DNA of 64,000 bases from an uncultured bacterium (GCA_905339405.1 CAJPGC010000034.1:3052-67051), one strand, 5' to 3'; positions 18,876 to 26,788 are shown, counted from the first letter of the stretch. Notes: a model not told the origin generated them from the sequence alone. Numbers and translations are program-made.

Positions 18876-18898
18876 TCACACTACATTTTAATAGCAGT

Positions 18899-19012
18899 AT
18901 CTTATCACGAGTGGCAGAGGGACTGGCCCGTAGAAGCCACAGCAACCGGTTCCGCGCAAGCGGAATGTCAGGTGCTAACTCCAGCAAGGCTTGCAAGCCT
19001 TGAAAGATAAGA
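18899..19012 (+). ncRNA. SAM-I (S-box) riboswitch aptamer
   Basis: P1 TCTTATC/GATAAGA; GAGTGGCAGAGGGACTGGCCC..GAAGCC; CAGCAACC; GGTGCTAACTCC; P4 CAAGGCTT-GC-AAGCCTTG. Confidence 0.96.
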
Positions 19013-19030
19013 ACAGGTCAAGCCATTGAG

Positions 19031-19060
19031 CCTCTTCTTATCAAGAAGAGGTTTTTTTTT
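19031..19060 (+). terminator. Riboswitch expression-platform terminator
   Basis: CCTCTTCTT-ATC-AAGAAGAGG + T9; its TTCTTATC segment can pair with GATAAGAA of P1 (antiterminator). Confidence 0.9.
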
Positions 19061-19106
19061 GTCTTCCGCCGGGCACCGGGGTGGAATAATAAGGAGGAGA
19101 ACACGG

Positions 19107-20363
19107 ATGAGCTACATGAAGGCGTTGAAATGCAGGGAGTGCGGGAAGGAATATCCCAAGGAAGCGCTCCACGTCTGCGAGCTGTGCTTCGGCCCGCTTG
19201 AGGTCGCTTACGAGTACGAAAAGATAAAGGGCGTGCTCACTAGGGAAGTGATAGAGAAGAGGGCTCCCAACATGTGGCGCTACAAGGAACTCCTCCCCAT
19301 CGACGGAGAGCCTACAGTCGGAGCGCAGGTCGGGTACACGCCTCTCGTGAAGGCGGACAACCTCGCGAAGGCTTTGGGCGTAAAAGAGATATACATAAAG
19401 AACGACGCGGTCAACTACCCGACGCTCTCGTTCAAGGACAGGGTCGTCTCCGTGGCCCTCTCGAGGGCAAGGGAGCTGGGCTTCAAGATAGCGGCCTGCG
19501 CCTCGACCGGCAACCTCGCCAACTCGGTCGCGGCCAACGCCGCTGCCGCCGGCATGGAAAGCTTCGTCTTCATCCCCTCTGACCTCGAGCAGACCAAGAT
19601 AGTCGGCACGCTCGTGTACGGCGGCACCGTCGTGGGCATCAAGGGCACTTACGACGAGGTCAACAGGCTCTGCAGCGAGATAGCCGGAAAATACGGCTGG
19701 GCCTTCGTGAACATAAACATCAGGCCTTACTACGCCGAGGGCTCAAAGACCTTCGGGTACGAGATAGCCGAGCAGCTCGGCTGGAAGCTCCCGCAGAACA
19801 TAGTAGTGCCGATGGCCGGGGGCTCTCTTATAACCAAGATACACAAGGCCTTCAAGGAACTCTCTATACTTGGCTTCGTGGGCCCTGTAACCACAAAGGT
19901 GTTCGGCGCGCAGGCAGCAGGGTGCTCGCCCATAATCAACGCCGTGAAGGAAGGCACCGAGCTCATACGCCCGGTCAACAAGCCCAATACCATAGCCAAG
20001 TCGCTGGCCATTGGAAACCCGGCCGACGGCTACTACTCCGCCAAGGTCATGAGAGAGTCCGGCGGTTGGGGCGAGAACGTAACCGACGAGGAGATAATAG
20101 ATTCGATGAAGCTCCTCGCGGAGACCGAGGGCATATTCGCGGAGACCGCCGGCGGGGTCACGCTGGGCTCGGCCAGAAAGCTCATCGACAGCGGCAGGAT
20201 ATCCAGGGACGAGTCGATCGTCGTGTGCGTGACTGGCAACGGGCTCAAGACCCAGGAAGCGCTCGCGGGCAAGATAAACCCGCCGACCATAATAAACGCC
20301 AGGCTTCAGGAGTTTGACGACCTGGTGAAGGCGGGCGGCAAGGAGTACGCTGTAAGGGCGTAG
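19107..20363 (+). CDS. Threonine synthase-like PLP enzyme (possibly carrier-dependent homocysteine synthase)
   Basis: N-terminal CRECG..CELCFGPL Zn ribbon, PTLSFKDR (PLP Lys), CASTGNLA, YYAEGSKT, TGNGLK; AGGAGG RBS. Symbol withheld because the context argues against a plain thrC. Confidence 0.88.
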   Translation: MSYMKALKCRECGKEYPKEALHVCELCFGPLEVAYEYEKIKGVLTREVIEKRAPNMWRYKELLPIDGEPTVGAQVGYTPLVKADNLAKALGVKEIYIKNDAVNYPTLSFKDRVVSVALSRARELGFKIAACASTGNLANSVAANAAAAGMESFVFIPSDLEQTKIVGTLVYGGTVVGIKGTYDEVNRLCSEIAGKYGWAFVNINIRPYYAEGSKTFGYEIAEQLGWKLPQNIVVPMAGGSLITKIHKAFKELSILGFVGPVTTKVFGAQAAGCSPIINAVKEGTELIRPVNKPNTIAKSLAIGNPADGYYSAKVMRESGGWGENVTDEEIIDSMKLLAETEGIFAETAGGVTLGSARKLIDSGRISRDESIVVCVTGNGLKTQEALAGKINPPTIINARLQEFDDLVKAGGKEYAVRA

Positions 20364-20371
20364 GCTGTCTT

Positions 20372-20496
20372 TCGGAAATCGTTCTTTTTCCTGATCTCTT
20401 CGTCAGGGCGTAAATAAAAATGCTCACATATTGCAATATATGCTGCGCTTTTTATTTCCGCCCTTCCTCGACCTCAGAAAAAAGCTCCGATTTCGA
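20372..20496. repeat. ~125 bp palindromic MITE-like element, family A copy 2
   Basis: Shares CCTGATCTCTTCGTCAGG, AAATAAAAATGCTC.CATATTG, GCTTTTTATTT, CCCTTCCT.GACCTCAGAAAAAA with 18670-18794. Confidence 0.85.
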
Positions 20497-20611
20497 GAGT
20501 AAGCCTTGGGCCATTTTCCGCTTCTATTTTCAGCCTTTTTTCTGGTATCATGGTACCATCCGAATTGGCCGCAAGCACGGCAAAGAGAGCGAAGGGAGAT
20601 TACTGTTTAAA

Positions 20612-21568
20612 ATGACAGACCATTTCATAGAAGATAAGACTACAAAAGTGACTGTAGCCGTCGACGGCACAGGGGCGGCGCAGAAGATAGACTTCAACGA
20701 CCTGAAGTCTGGCGGCTTCATAAAGCAGAGGCAGAAGGACCTGTTTACCGTGCGCCTGAGGTGCCCGGGCGGCAGGCTTTCAACCGAAAAGCTCGTCGAG
20801 ATATCGAAGATAGCCCACAAGTACAGCAAAAAGGGAGTGGTCCACTTCTCTTTCCGCCAGTCCCTCGAGATACTCTACGTAGACTACAAGGAGTTCAGCA
20901 CCGTCGTGGCCGAGCTCGAGAAGATCGGCCAGAAGGTCGCCTCCTGCGGCCCCAGGGTGAGGGTCCCGACCGCCTGCGGCGGCTGTGAGTACAACCCCAA
21001 CGGCCTCACTGACACGCAGAAGATGGCTGATATGGTCGACAAGACCTTCTTCGGCACGCCCACGCCGCATAAGTTCAAGACCTCTTTTTCCGGCTGCCCC
21101 ATCGACTGCGCCAGGACGAAGGAGATGGACATGGGCTTCCAGGGCGTAGTAGATCCGAAGTGGGAAGAGGAAGCCTGCACGGGCTGCACCATCTGCTCTG
21201 AGGCCTGCAAGGAAGACGCCATAGCCTCCGACCCGGACACCGGCAAGCCGATATTCGACCCCATAAAGTGCATATTCTGCGGGGACTGCATAAGGGCCTG
21301 CCCGACCGAAGCGTGGAAGCCGAAGAGGTACGGCCACATAGTGAGGCTCGGCGGCAAGCACGGCCGCCATCCGATGGAGGCCGTCGAGGTCTGCCAGTTC
21401 CTTCCGGACGAGAAGGTCGGGGATGCCATCAAGATGACCATCGACTGGTACAACGCGAACGGCAAGAGGGGCGAGAGGATAGGCAATACCATAAAGAGGG
21501 TAGGCCTCGAGAGCTACCTGAAGCACATGGAACCTGTATTCCAGAACGCCGCGAAAGCCGGGGCATAG
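20612..21568 (+). CDS. Small siroheme sulfite/nitrite reductase-like protein with 2x[4Fe-4S] ferredoxin insert
   Basis: GGFIKQRQKD.FTVRLR.PGG, GPRVR, PHKFKTSFSGCPIDC, CTGCTICSEAC, CIFCGDCIRACP, GKRGERIG. Confidence 0.85.
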   Translation: MTDHFIEDKTTKVTVAVDGTGAAQKIDFNDLKSGGFIKQRQKDLFTVRLRCPGGRLSTEKLVEISKIAHKYSKKGVVHFSFRQSLEILYVDYKEFSTVVAELEKIGQKVASCGPRVRVPTACGGCEYNPNGLTDTQKMADMVDKTFFGTPTPHKFKTSFSGCPIDCARTKEMDMGFQGVVDPKWEEEACTGCTICSEACKEDAIASDPDTGKPIFDPIKCIFCGDCIRACPTEAWKPKRYGHIVRLGGKHGRHPMEAVEVCQFLPDEKVGDAIKMTIDWYNANGKRGERIGNTIKRVGLESYLKHMEPVFQNAAKAGA

Positions 21569-21575
21569 GAGCCAT

Positions 21576-21800
21576 ATGAGCGACTCTACTATAGACTTGC
21601 GCGGGGTCATGTGCCCCATAAACTTCGTTAAGACGAAGCTGAAGCTCGAGATGATGGAGCCCGGAGAGATACTCGAGGTCATACTCGACTCCGGCGACCC
21701 CATCCAGAACGTGCCCAAGTCGATAAAGGAAGAGGGGCACAAGATTGTCGAAGTAAAAAAAGAGGGCGATTTTTTCCGGCTTAAAGTCCAAAGAAGCTGA
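21576..21800 (+). CDS. TusA/SirA family sulfurtransferase
   Basis: IDLRGVMCPINFVKTKLKLE.M..GEILEVILD. Confidence 0.92.
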   Translation: MSDSTIDLRGVMCPINFVKTKLKLEMMEPGEILEVILDSGDPIQNVPKSIKEEGHKIVEVKKEGDFFRLKVQRS

Positions 21801-21801
21801 T

Positions 21802-21925
21802 CAGACTGCTGAAAACGCTCCATCTGTGTTGTTGTCTTCGTCGCTCGTCATTGCGTCGTACAAGCAACGTACGCCTCATGCCTCGCTCCTCGACGCCTGG
21901 CATCTGAAGCGTTTTGAGCAGCCAG
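21802..21925. repeat. ~125 bp palindromic element, family B copy 1
   Basis: CAGACTGCTGAAAACGCT...AGCGTTTTGAGCAGCCAG ends; core CGTCATTG.G.CGTAC...GTACGCCTCATG..GCTCCTCGACGCCT shared with 23719-23931. Confidence 0.82.
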
Positions 21926-21976
21926 AATAAAGACGCAGTTAAGTAAACTGAATTATATACAGGAGGAACCAGAAGT

Positions 21977-22258
21977 ATGTCGATAAAGGTCAGGATACCG
22001 ACCCCGCTCAGGAAGCTTACGAACGGCTCTGACGAGGTCAGCGCAACAGGCAGGAACGTAGGAGAGATAATCGAGGACCTCGAGAAGGCCTATCCCGGAC
22101 TCAAGGAGAGGATCTGCGAAGGGGACGGCAAGCTCCGCAGGTTCGTCAACATCTACCTGAACGACGAGGACATCAGGTTCAAGAACAACCTTGAGACCGA
22201 GCTCAAGGAGAACGACGAGCTTTCCATAATCCCAGCCATAGCGGGAGGCGCAGCTTGA
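21977..22258 (+). CDS. ThiS/MoaD (CysO-like) ubiquitin-like sulfur carrier with masked Gly-Gly
   Basis: VRIPTPLRKLT, FVNIYLNDEDIRF, ends IIPAIAGG-AA; AGGAGG RBS. Confidence 0.95.
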   Translation: MSIKVRIPTPLRKLTNGSDEVSATGRNVGEIIEDLEKAYPGLKERICEGDGKLRRFVNIYLNDEDIRFKNNLETELKENDELSIIPAIAGGAA

Positions 22259-22491
22259 AAAAAAGGGTGTATCTCACCTATCCGAAGGAACAGGTCAAGG
22301 AACCGCTCCTTTACCAGGTAGGGAAGAACTTCGAGGTCGTGACCAACATCAGGCAGGCGAGCGTTTCCGACAAGCTTGGCCTCGTGGCTCTCGAGCTCGA
22401 CGGCGAGCCTGAGGAGATCGAGAAGGCGATACAGTTCCTTGTGGACAAGGGCGTCAAGGTCGAGCCCATAGAGCTCGACATAATAGAGTAG
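22255..22491 (+). CDS. Stand-alone NIL domain protein
   Basis: LTYPKEQVKEPLLY..F.VVTNIRQASV..GLVALELDG; TTGA overlap with the carrier gene. Confidence 0.88.
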   Translation: MKKRVYLTYPKEQVKEPLLYQVGKNFEVVTNIRQASVSDKLGLVALELDGEPEEIEKAIQFLVDKGVKVEPIELDIIE

Positions 22492-22577
22492 CCCTGGAGG
22501 TCCGGACTCTCTCAAAACCGCCGGTCCGGGTACTGTACAGGGCAGGTCATGAGAGCGAAAAGGATTGTTTTTTCTTG

Positions 22578-22612
22578 AAAAACCCCGGCATTCAGCTGCC
22601 GGGGTTTTTTTT
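22578..22612 (+). terminator. Intrinsic terminator (bidirectional shape)
   Basis: AAAAACCCCGGCA-TTCAGC-TGCCGGGGTTTTTTTT. Confidence 0.85.
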
Positions 22613-22644
22613 ATTTCCAGAGGCGCCAAGCCGCTCAAATTATC

Positions 22645-22694
22645 TTGACAGGGCTACTAAGGTATTATAAACTTGAGAAGCTTACTAAGGTATT
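22645..22694 (+). promoter_or_regulatory. sigma70 promoter of cysM with a 12-bp direct repeat (candidate operator)
   Basis: TTGACA-17 nt-TAAACT; TACTAAGGTATT at 22655-22666 and 22683-22694. Confidence 0.55.
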
Positions 22695-22811
22695 TTTCCG
22701 CTCAGGCAGCGCCCGAAATCCCGGTTCAGGAAAAGTTCACCCCCCGTGGGGAGGTATTATAATATGAGAGGACAGAGGCTGCTTGAAAACCAGCCAGCAA
22801 GGCAGTATTCA

Positions 22812-23717
22812 ATGGCAAAAGGCTCAGTAATAAACCTTGTCGGAAATACCCCGTTAGTCAGGATAAACAGCATAACAAGGGACCTGCCTCCCGAGGTAGA
22901 AGTTTACGCCAAGCTCGAGGGCTATAACCCAGGAGGCTCGGTCAAGGACAGGGCCGCCCTCAGCATGATACTTGACGCCGAGGCGAGCGGCAGACTGACC
23001 CCCGACAAGATAATCCTTGATTCGACCTCAGGCAACACAGGCATAGCCTACGCGTGGATAGGCGCCGTGAAGGGCTATAGCGTCGAGCTCGTCGTCCCGG
23101 CCAACGTAAGCGAGGAAAGAAAGAAGATTTTGAACGCTTTCGGCGCCCATGTCATCTATTCGAACCCTCTGGAGGGTTCTGACGGCGCCATCAGGCTCGC
23201 CTGGAAACTCTACGTCGAAAACCCCGAAAAATACTGCAAGCTCGACCAGTACAACAACCCCTCGAACCCGCTCGCCCATTTCAACGGCACAGGGGCCGAG
23301 ATAATAGAGCAGACCGAGGGCAGGGTAACTCATTTCGTGGCCTCGATCGGCACCGGCGGCACCATCATGGGCACCGGCAGAAGGCTCAAGGAATTCAACC
23401 CCGACATACAGGTACAGGCCGTCGAGCCTGCCACGGCCTTCCACGGCCTCGAAGGGTTGAAGCACATGGCCTCTTCGATAGTCCCCGGCATATACCACGA
23501 AGAAGAGCTCGACGAGAAGATACCTGCCCCGACCGAAGAGTCGTATACGATGGCCAAGAGGCTTGCAAGGGAAGAAGGCCTTCTTGTCGGCCAGTCTTCC
23601 GGGGCTGCCATGTGGGGAGCCCTGGAAGTCGCCAAAAAGCTCAAGAAGGGCGTAGTGGTCGTCATATTCCCGGACGGCGGAGATAAGTATCTGTCAACGC
23701 GCCTCTGGGAAGCGTAA
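22812..23717 (+). CDS. cysM: Cysteine synthase B-like PLP enzyme (CysM type)
   Basis: VGNTPLV, KLEGYNPGGSVKDR, DSTSGNTG, DQYNNP.N, IGTGGT, FPDGGDKYLST. Confidence 0.9.
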   Translation: MAKGSVINLVGNTPLVRINSITRDLPPEVEVYAKLEGYNPGGSVKDRAALSMILDAEASGRLTPDKIILDSTSGNTGIAYAWIGAVKGYSVELVVPANVSEERKKILNAFGAHVIYSNPLEGSDGAIRLAWKLYVENPEKYCKLDQYNNPSNPLAHFNGTGAEIIEQTEGRVTHFVASIGTGGTIMGTGRRLKEFNPDIQVQAVEPATAFHGLEGLKHMASSIVPGIYHEEELDEKIPAPTEESYTMAKRLAREEGLLVGQSSGAAMWGALEVAKKLKKGVVVVIFPDGGDKYLSTRLWEA

Positions 23718-23718
23718 A

Positions 23719-23931
23719 CAGGCTGCTGAAAACCCATAGCGAGCGTAAGCGAGCGAATAGAAAACGTTATTTCCTTAGGTTTCGAAGCTCACTGCGGCTT
23801 GCCGCTGGGAGCTTCAAAAATCTATCTCCATCTGCTTTGTTGTCTTTGTCGCGCGTCATTGAGGCGTACAAAAGAGTACGCCTCATGACTTGCTCCTCGA
23901 CGCCTCGCATATGGAGTTTTTGAGCAGCCTG
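23719..23931. repeat. Family B palindromic element copy 2, carrying a ~90 bp internal insertion
   Basis: CAGGCTGCTGAAAA...TTTTTGAGCAGCCTG ends; extra segment ~23734-23823 absent from copy 1. Confidence 0.8.
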
Positions 23932-23980
23932 AACAAAGTCGGAATTTTCCAGTAATCAGCTAAAAAGGAGTGACCCTCAG

Positions 23981-24436
23981 ATGGGGCTTTTCGGTTTCGG
24001 CAAGACAGCCGTACACATATCCAGGTCGGTATACGAGGAAATACTCAGTCACGCGAAGGAAGCTTACCCGAACGAGTGCTGCGGAGTGCTCGTCGGCGCG
24101 AACTACGGCGGCGAGCGCAAGATATTCGAATCCCACAGGGCGACCAACGTCAACACGGACAGGGCCCACGACAGGTACATAATCGACCCGAGGGAGTTCA
24201 ACCTCATCGACAAGATGGCAAGGTCGCAGTCGATGGACGTCATGGGCTTTTACCATTCTCATCCAGACCATCCGGACAAGCCCTCCCAGACCGACAGGGA
24301 ATGGGGACAGACCGGCTACTCCTACATCATCGTCGCCGTCAAGGGCGGCAAGGAGACTTCGATGAGGAGCTGGATGATAGAGGACGACACGGCCCCGTTC
24401 ACTGAAGAGAAGATAAAGGTACTCGAAAACCAGTAA
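23981..24436 (+). CDS. JAMM/MPN+ (M67) metallopeptidase, Mec/HcyD-like
   Basis: YPNECCGVL, GFYHSHPDHPDKPSQTD (E..HxH..S..D). Confidence 0.95.
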   Translation: MGLFGFGKTAVHISRSVYEEILSHAKEAYPNECCGVLVGANYGGERKIFESHRATNVNTDRAHDRYIIDPREFNLIDKMARSQSMDVMGFYHSHPDHPDKPSQTDREWGQTGYSYIIVAVKGGKETSMRSWMIEDDTAPFTEEKIKVLENQ

Positions 24437-24558
24437 GCTTTTTTATATATAAAACGAACTCATCGGCCCGGGGCTTTGAAGCCTTGCGGCTTTGGTGCGC
24501 CCCCGAGGGGCATTTTCGCATTTATACTCTGTATATATGAGCCGGAGGAGCCTGTACA

Positions 24559-25383
24559 ATGGATTTCACAGAAGAGCAGATTGAGCGGTATTCGAGGCAT
24601 ATAATACTCCCGGAGGTGGGGGGCAAGGGGCAGGCTAAGCTCCTTAAAAGCAAGGTCTTCGTGCTGGGCGCGGGCGGCCTGGGCTCGCCTTCGCTCCTTT
24701 ATCTCGCGGCTGCCGGCGTGGGCACCATCGGCATAGCCGACGGCGACTCGGTCGACATGAGCAACCTCCAGCGCCAGATAATCCATAACAACGAGCGCGT
24801 CGGAGTGCCAAAGGTCCACTCCGCGAAAGAGACCATAAACAAGCTGAACCCCGACGTCAACGTGCAGCCCTTCCACGGCAGGCTCACCGTCGACAACATA
24901 AGGGAGATAATAAGGGATTACGACGTCGTCCTGGACGGCTCGGACAACTTCCCCACCCGCTTTCTCATGAACGACGCCTGCTTCTTCGAGCAAAAGCCCC
25001 TTGTCTCGGGCTCGATGTTCAGGTTCGACGGCCAGGTCTCGGTCTTCCACCCGAGAAAGGGCTTCCCGTGCTACAGGTGCCTGTACCCGGAGCCCCCGCC
25101 AAAGGGGCTCGTGCCGAGCTGCCAGGAAGCGGGAGTTCTCGGAGCGCTCGCCGGAGTCATCGGCGTACTCCAGGCCGTGGAGACAATAAAACTCCTCCTT
25201 GGCATCGGTGACACCCTCGAGGGCCATCTCATGATATTCGACGCCCTCAAGATGAACTTTCGCAAGGTCAGGGTCAGGAAAGACCCCGAGTGCGCCCTGT
25301 GCGGAGAGAACGCCACAATAAAAGAACTCGTGGCCTATGAAGAACAGGCCTGCGAATACAAACCGGTCACCTGCGAACACTAA
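24559..25383 (+). CDS. MoeB/ThiF family sulfur-carrier adenylyltransferase (no rhodanese domain)
   Basis: RYSRHIIL, GAGGLGSP, SNLQRQ, DGSDNF, PCYRCLYP, SCQEAGVLG, CALCG. Confidence 0.95.
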   Translation: MDFTEEQIERYSRHIILPEVGGKGQAKLLKSKVFVLGAGGLGSPSLLYLAAAGVGTIGIADGDSVDMSNLQRQIIHNNERVGVPKVHSAKETINKLNPDVNVQPFHGRLTVDNIREIIRDYDVVLDGSDNFPTRFLMNDACFFEQKPLVSGSMFRFDGQVSVFHPRKGFPCYRCLYPEPPPKGLVPSCQEAGVLGALAGVIGVLQAVETIKLLLGIGDTLEGHLMIFDALKMNFRKVRVRKDPECALCGENATIKELVAYEEQACEYKPVTCEH

Positions 25384-25404
25384 ACCGGCAGGCTCGCTGA
25401 TTTA

Positions 25405-25554
25405 TTGAGAGAACCTTTTTGTAAAAAGGTTCTCTCAAACTCTCTCCAAAAACTTATAGTTCTTCCCGGGACAACCCCCTTAAGGGGGCTGTCCCGGGAA
25501 CTTAAAGTCTTTGAAGGGGGTCTGGGGGAGACTTTCTACAGAAAGTTTCCCCCA
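25405..25554. repeat. Three-hairpin palindromic intergenic element
   Basis: TTGAGAGAACCTTTT/AAAAGGTTCTCTCAA, TTCCCGGGACA.CCCC/GGGG.TGTCCCGGGAA and TGGGGGAGACTTTCT/AGAAAGTTTCCCCCA stems; the outer two are mutually similar. Confidence 0.8.
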
Positions 25555-25588
25555 AAAAATCCAGCGGTCTGACGGGCAAGCGAGAATA

Positions 25589-26788
25589 ATGCACAATTAC
25601 CTGGACAATCCGGCGTCCCTCAAGATAGACCTGATGCTTCGGGGCATAAGGATGGAAGACCCCGTCGTGAAGGCCTGGGCCTGCGGCTGTTCGGGCATTG
25701 ACATGCTTCTGCCGCAGGACACGCTCGTCAACATACCCTGCATGGAAGAGTTCACGAGGAACTCGCCGTACACGGTGAAGAGGGCGGGGGAGAGGTATTT
25801 CATTACGGACGGCAGGGCCGAGGTCGAGGTGAAACTCGTGGAAAGGCCGGCCTTCTATTCGAGGAAGACTACCTCCGGGGTGCAGTTCTCGGAGATTGCC
25901 TCCGTTCACGGCAGCTACACGGTAATAACGCCTTCGCCGAGGTGCGACTTTTTCAACCGCAGCATCGAGTGCAGGTACTGCGCCGGGAATTTCGACGTAA
26001 AGGGCTCATCCGACGTCGTCTACACGATAGAGGACATACTGGAGACGGTCGAGGCGGTCCTCAAAGAGAAGGCCTCGGAGGTCATATACCTGTCCATCGG
26101 CTTCAGCCAGGGCGACGACGGCGGAATAGCGTTTTTGAAGCCTTACATACAGGCCATTAAGAAGAGCTTCAACTGCCTTGTGGCCGTGGAGGCGCTGCCG
26201 CCCAGGGACAACCGCTGGATAGACGAGACGTACGCGATGGGGGCCGACTCGGTCCTTTATAACCTCGAGATATTCGACAAGGAGCTCTTCGAGCTGATAT
26301 GCCCGGGCAGGGCTTCCCTCGTGGGGCGCAAAAGATACCTCGAGTCGCTGAAGTACGCCGCGAAGGTATTCCCCAACGGCACTGTGGCTTCCCACCTCAT
26401 TGTGGGGCTCGAGCCTCCCGGGTCTACCTGCATGGGGATAGACTGCTTCACGGACATGGGAGTAGTGCCCATCCTTCCCATCTACAGGCCCTCGGCCGGG
26501 AAGGCGTTGAGGATAGAGCCTCTGACGACTGAGATAATACTGCCGGTCTACAAGCACCTTTACAACGCTGTCAAGAAAAACGGGATAAACCTCTCCTGGG
26601 TGCGTGACATAAGCATGGTGACGACCCCGGCCGAGATACGGGGCCTGGTCGACGGCGGCAAGGGCGGCACTCTCATGGAGAGCTTCTACAAGTCCAGGAT
26701 CGGGCTCAAGGCCGCCTGGGGGCTCTCTACGATAAGGAGGAAGCTCAGGGTCGTAGGCAGCGATGACTCAGACCCTTCGAAACACTGA
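25589..26788 (+). CDS. Radical SAM protein with extended CX8CX2C motif (biotin-synthase-related, function unknown)
   Basis: C-DFFNRSIE-C-RY-C; YNLEIFD..F..ICPG; SHLIVGLEP. The ORF-track N-terminal extension lies in the repeat and was trimmed. Confidence 0.82.
   Translation: MHNYLDNPASLKIDLMLRGIRMEDPVVKAWACGCSGIDMLLPQDTLVNIPCMEEFTRNSPYTVKRAGERYFITDGRAEVEVKLVERPAFYSRKTTSGVQFSEIASVHGSYTVITPSPRCDFFNRSIECRYCAGNFDVKGSSDVVYTIEDILETVEAVLKEKASEVIYLSIGFSQGDDGGIAFLKPYIQAIKKSFNCLVAVEALPPRDNRWIDETYAMGADSVLYNLEIFDKELFELICPGRASLVGRKRYLESLKYAAKVFPNGTVASHLIVGLEPPGSTCMGIDCFTDMGVVPILPIYRPSAGKALRIEPLTTEIILPVYKHLYNAVKKNGINLSWVRDISMVTTPAEIRGLVDGGKGGTLMESFYKSRIGLKAAWGLSTIRRKLRVVGSDDSDPSKH

Noticed and set aside
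18825..19106. 61-aa ORF and N-terminal extension of the ThrC-like gene
   Set aside because: Both overlap the promoter, riboswitch and terminator; the real start has AGGAGG before 19107.
21977..25383. Ubiquitin-like anti-phage or protein conjugation system (E1/JAB/Ubl)
   Set aside because: No E2, cyclase or effector; the context is entirely sulfur metabolism.
21977..25383. Molybdopterin or thiamine biosynthesis role for the MoaD/MoeB homologs
   Set aside because: No moaA/C/E or thiG nearby; JAMM, CysM and the masked GG point to amino acid synthesis.
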